From Bacteriovoracia bacterium (GTDB lineage Bacteria > Bdellovibrionota > UBA1018 > CAIPTA01): 64,000 nt of DNA. Numbering within the stretch: the stretch's first letter is position 1; each line of letters starts with the position of its first letter. The stretch lies in assembly GCA_050246755.1 (NCBI GenBank), contig JBFWVL010000003.1, positions 192,001 to 256,000 on the forward strand, written 5' to 3'. The notes beneath the pieces are model-generated. The model saw only the letters and a program-made list of their open reading frames with translations, ran no database searches and had not been told where the DNA came from. This document shows positions 60,741-64,000 of the stretch, in pieces. Made by a program: the position numbers and the translations under genes.

Positions 60741-60812
60741 ACTCATACTCTGTTGAGATGCTTCTCACAAACACACTAAAGCGTGTGGGCAGGATCTCAG
60801 CAGAGTAGGAGT
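60741..60812 (+). other. Long stem-loop in the recA upstream region
   Basis: 60741-60759 pairs with 60794-60812 (19 positions, one mismatch, one G-U); inner CACAC/GTGTG hairpin. Confidence 0.7.
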
Positions 60813-60853
60813 GACAAAATAAATATCGGATTAATAAAGGGAGTAAATATCGT

Positions 60854-62038
60854 ATGGCTCATGAAGTAATGGCGAATGTAAATCAAGCAACGGGACCGAA
60901 AGCGAAAGCACTGGAACTAGCCATCCAGACAATTGAGAAGCAATTTGGGCGCGGCAGCATTATGCGTCTCGGCACCGGACAGAACTTGCACGAAGGAATC
61001 CAAGCAATTCCTACCGGTAGCTTATCTCTCGATCTCGCTCTCGGCATCGGCGGCATTCCTAAAGGAAGAGTGATCGAAGTATACGGCCCGGAATCTTCGG
61101 GTAAAACCACTTTGGCCCTCACTTCCATCGCGGAATGCCAAAAGCAAGGCGGCACCGCCGCGTTCGTGGACGCTGAGCATGCGCTCGACGTGGAATACGC
61201 GCGTAAGCTAGGCGTAGACGTAGATTCTCTCCTTATTTCGCAACCCGATACTGGGGAACAAGCCCTCGAGATCGTGGATATGCTCATCAAGAGCTCGGCC
61301 GTAGACATCCTCGTGGTGGACTCCGTAGCCGCCCTCGTTCCGCGCGCGGAACTAGAAGGCGATATGGGCGATCACCAAATGGGAGCGCAAGCCCGCCTCA
61401 TGAGCCAAGCTTTGCGTAAACTCACGGGTTCGATTTCGAAATCGAAATCTACGGTGATCTTCATCAACCAAATCCGCATGAAGATTGGTGTGATGTTCGG
61501 TAACCCCGAGACCACCACCGGTGGTAACGCGCTGAAATTCTACGCCTCCGTGCGCATGGACGTGCGCCGTATTGCCGCTATCAAAAATGGCGACGATGTA
61601 ATCGGTAACCGCACGCGCGTGAAAGTGGTGAAAAACAAAGTTTCGCCTCCCTTTAAAGAAGTGGAGTTCGATATTCTCTACGGCAAAGGGATCTGTAAAG
61701 AAGGGGACCTTCTCGACCTCGGCGCTTCCCTCAACGTGATCGAGAAAAGCGGTACCTGGTACAGCTACTCGGGAGAACGTCTCGGCCAAGGCCGCGACGC
61801 CGCTCGCGAAACGCTAAAAGCCAATCCGAAGATGCTCAATGAGATCCGCGAAAAAGTGCTGAAGATGAAAGGAATCCTGAATCGTGGCGCCGTGATCTCG
61901 AATCCAGCTGAGCCAGTAGCGGCAAGCCTTGAAAAGGCAGATAAGGAAGCTAAATCCGAAAGCAAAGTGGAAAACAAGCACGAGGCAAAATCCCCGGTGC
62001 ATGCCGCTCACGCCAAAGGATCGAAAAAAGTACAGTAA
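60854..62038 (+). CDS. recA: Recombinase RecA
   Basis: [43 protein letters not shown]; GGAG RBS. Confidence 0.98.
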   Translation: MAHEVMANVNQATGPKAKALELAIQTIEKQFGRGSIMRLGTGQNLHEGIQAIPTGSLSLDLALGIGGIPKGRVIEVYGPESSGKTTLALTSIAECQKQGGTAAFVDAEHALDVEYARKLGVDVDSLLISQPDTGEQALEIVDMLIKSSAVDILVVDSVAALVPRAELEGDMGDHQMGAQARLMSQALRKLTGSISKSKSTVIFINQIRMKIGVMFGNPETTTGGNALKFYASVRMDVRRIAAIKNGDDVIGNRTRVKVVKNKVSPPFKEVEFDILYGKGICKEGDLLDLGASLNVIEKSGTWYSYSGERLGQGRDAARETLKANPKMLNEIREKVLKMKGILNRGAVISNPAEPVAASLEKADKEAKSESKVENKHEAKSPVHAAHAKGSKKVQ

Positions 62039-62083
62039 AGCGTAGTTCTCGGGAGGAACCATTCCCGTTTAGCTGTTACTATG

Positions 62084-62125
62084 AGCCCATGGGAGAAAAA
62101 CTTTTCCTGTGGGCTTTTTCTTTTT
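62084..62125 (+). terminator. Rho-independent terminator after recA
   Basis: AGCCCATGGGA...TCCTGTGGGCT followed by TTTTCTTTTT. Confidence 0.7.
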
Positions 62126-64000
62126 CGGCTACCGCCGCCTTACTGGCGCACGTGGCCCTCGCCGCCGACCCTCCTCCCGTGAACCAGGGAGCCGGTACCT
62201 ACGTTCCGGGCACCGCCTTAAATTCACCGGCGGTTCAGGGGGCCGCCAACTCTCCTAGTTACGGAGCCCCTAGAAACATCGGCACGATCCCCACTCCGGA
62301 CACCATCCCTCCTCCCACCGATCTCCAATTGAAATCTCAGGATCAGCTCTTCGGCCAGTATCGCACCGCTAAGGGCGAGGTAAAGCTCGCGAAAATGTTC
62401 CTGGATCGCTACAAGCAGTCCGTAGTGCGGGTGATTGCCCGCGATTTAGCCGGCAACGAACTCTCTCGCTCGATGGGGGTGGGAATCGGGCGCAATGGAG
62501 AATACATCGCCGTACCGCTCTCAATCGTGCTCGGAAATTCCCAGCAGTGGGCGGATCGCATCGAGGTCACCCACAGCGCCGGAAATAAGTATAACGCGCA
62601 GGTAGCCCTCATCGATGAAGAGAAAAATATCGTTCTCCTCGCGCCCGAGGCGAATCCGGCACCGATTCCCTTCGTGCGCGATACTGATGAACGTCCTCAG
62701 ACTTCTATTTTCACCATTTCCTTCGTGGACGCCCCCGACAATAAGATCACGGCGAGTATTCAACGCGGAACCCTCGCCGCCGCGAACCAAGAAAATGGGC
62801 TGCTTTCGGTGGCGGGCAACGAGATCAACGATGCCCAGGCCGGGACCGCTATCATCAATGCCACCGGCCAGCTGGTGGGCATGCTCCTGCCGGGTGGCCG
62901 GGGAGTGCTTTCCTCCGCGCTGCAGATGCTGATCGTGAAAGCGCGAAAAGCCGAGCCCTTCGAGCCCAGTCTGATCGGCATGATCCTCGGGCGCGGAGTG
63001 CTCGTGGATCCGAAACAGAAAGTGGCTTTCCCCACCATCGGCGCCGCGCTCGAGGCCATCAAAAAAGGCGAAGCGCCCAAGGCAGATGTGTCGCGCTATA
63101 CTCCCGCAAAAAATCGTACCGTGGCCCCCAGAGACTCCGACAAAGTGGTGATAAAAGTGATGCCCGGCACCTACAAGGAAGCCAAGCCCATCGCCCTTGG
63201 CTCCAACGTTTCACTGGCCGGTTCCGGTGCCGCCTCCACCACGCTGCTGGGAGCTCTGCCCGGAAAACCGGTCCTGCTCCTGCAGGATTCTAAAAACGTG
63301 AGCGTCTCAGGATTCCGCATCGTACCGGCGCCCCTTCAGGAAATGAAGGCCCCGACGGTAATCGTGAGCAAGTCCTCCGACGTGAAAATGAGCGGCAATG
63401 TTTTCGAAGCCAAGGGCGGCGTGAGCCTCTGGGTGCACGAATCGGTATCGGTGGAGCTTGGCGGGAATATCTTCACCCGCGGCCGGGAACGCGCCCTATC
63501 TTGCGACCGCTCCAGCATGATCATCGAGGCCAATGGCTTCATCGGCGACTGGCCCATCGGCATCTCGGCCGACCGCGCCTGCCGGGCGGAGATTTCCCGG
63601 AATCTTTTCCTCGACAATAAAACCTCGCTCACCATCTCGGGACTCGCCGGCCGCATTCGCCTGCAACAAAACACATTTATACGCAACGCGGTGGGCGTGA
63701 AAATGTACGTGGCCAGCAACTTCAGCATGACCGACAACTTATTCACCGAAACCCCTATTGGGCTCATCAGCACGGGTGACGTGGACCCGAAATCGCTGGG
63801 CCGGAACGGCGTTTGGCAATCGAAGCTGCAGGCCAAAGGGAAAACTCTTACGCTCGTGGATATCGTGCGCAGCGAGCCTAAATTCGTGGCGCCGGCATCC
63901 TACGATTTTCGGATTTCGCCGGGCAAAGCCCAGGTAGGAAACGCTTCCCTCGGCACCGGGCTGGACCTCGGTGCTTTTCAGCGAACCGATATGCTGGGCC
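62089..64000 (+). CDS. Secreted protein: degenerate trypsin-like domain plus right-handed beta-helix (partial; absent from the ORF track)
   Basis: Hand translation MGEKLFLWAFSFSATAALLAHVALA...; GTAIINATGQLVGM; FPTIGAALEA...KVMPGTYKE...SLAGSG pectin-lyase-like start; open to the window end. Confidence 0.75.
   Translation, partial: MGEKLFLWAFSFSATAALLAHVALAADPPPVNQGAGTYVPGTALNSPAVQGAANSPSYGAPRNIGTIPTPDTIPPPTDLQLKSQDQLFGQYRTAKGEVKLAKMFLDRYKQSVVRVIARDLAGNELSRSMGVGIGRNGEYIAVPLSIVLGNSQQWADRIEVTHSAGNKYNAQVALIDEEKNIVLLAPEANPAPIPFVRDTDERPQTSIFTISFVDAPDNKITASIQRGTLAAANQENGLLSVAGNEINDAQAGTAIINATGQLVGMLLPGGRGVLSSALQMLIVKARKAEPFEPSLIGMILGRGVLVDPKQKVAFPTIGAALEAIKKGEAPKADVSRYTPAKNRTVAPRDSDKVVIKVMPGTYKEAKPIALGSNVSLAGSGAASTTLLGALPGKPVLLLQDSKNVSVSGFRIVPAPLQEMKAPTVIVSKSSDVKMSGNVFEAKGGVSLWVHESVSVELGGNIFTRGRERALSCDRSSMIIEANGFIGDWPIGISADRACRAEISRNLFLDNKTSLTISGLAGRIRLQQNTFIRNAVGVKMYVASNFSMTDNLFTETPIGLISTGDVDPKSLGRNGVWQSKLQAKGKTLTLVDIVRSEPKFVAPASYDFRISPGKAQVGNASLGTGLDLGAFQRTDMLG

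Overview
A gene-dense bacterial chromosome window. The gene content (TIGR04552-like protein, protein-glutaminase domain, stand-alone PilZ/CheW/FHA proteins, split transketolase) suggests a Bdellovibrionota/Oligoflexia-like organism; this is inference. Housekeeping genes include queG, grxD/bolA, carB, greA, recG, selD/mnmH, metH, pgpA, cinA and recA, alongside three glycosylation regions. The main result is an apparent RiPP-like peptide-glycosylation system at about 8.2-25.7 kb. It contains an unannotated 34-aa peptide gene (18436-18540, minus; MTKENVKKTGKSKKTYQKPTLTKYEKIKRVHAYF) with a lasso-type YxxPxL leader and only a Tyr-Phe core. That gene lies between a stand-alone PqqD/RRE gene and an S26 peptidase. 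Nearby are two GT2 enzymes with C-terminal RRE-like domains, a nucleotidyltransferase, an HPr-kinase-like enzyme, further GTs, a Wzm/Wzt-type exporter and a TMTC-like GT-C. No lasso cyclase or radical SAM gene is present in the window. Other observations are a repeat-rich GH73 hydrolase with a possible immunity partner, many apparently leaderless genes, two frameshifted genes and a structured recA leader. All family calls come from motif recognition by eye; no searches were run.
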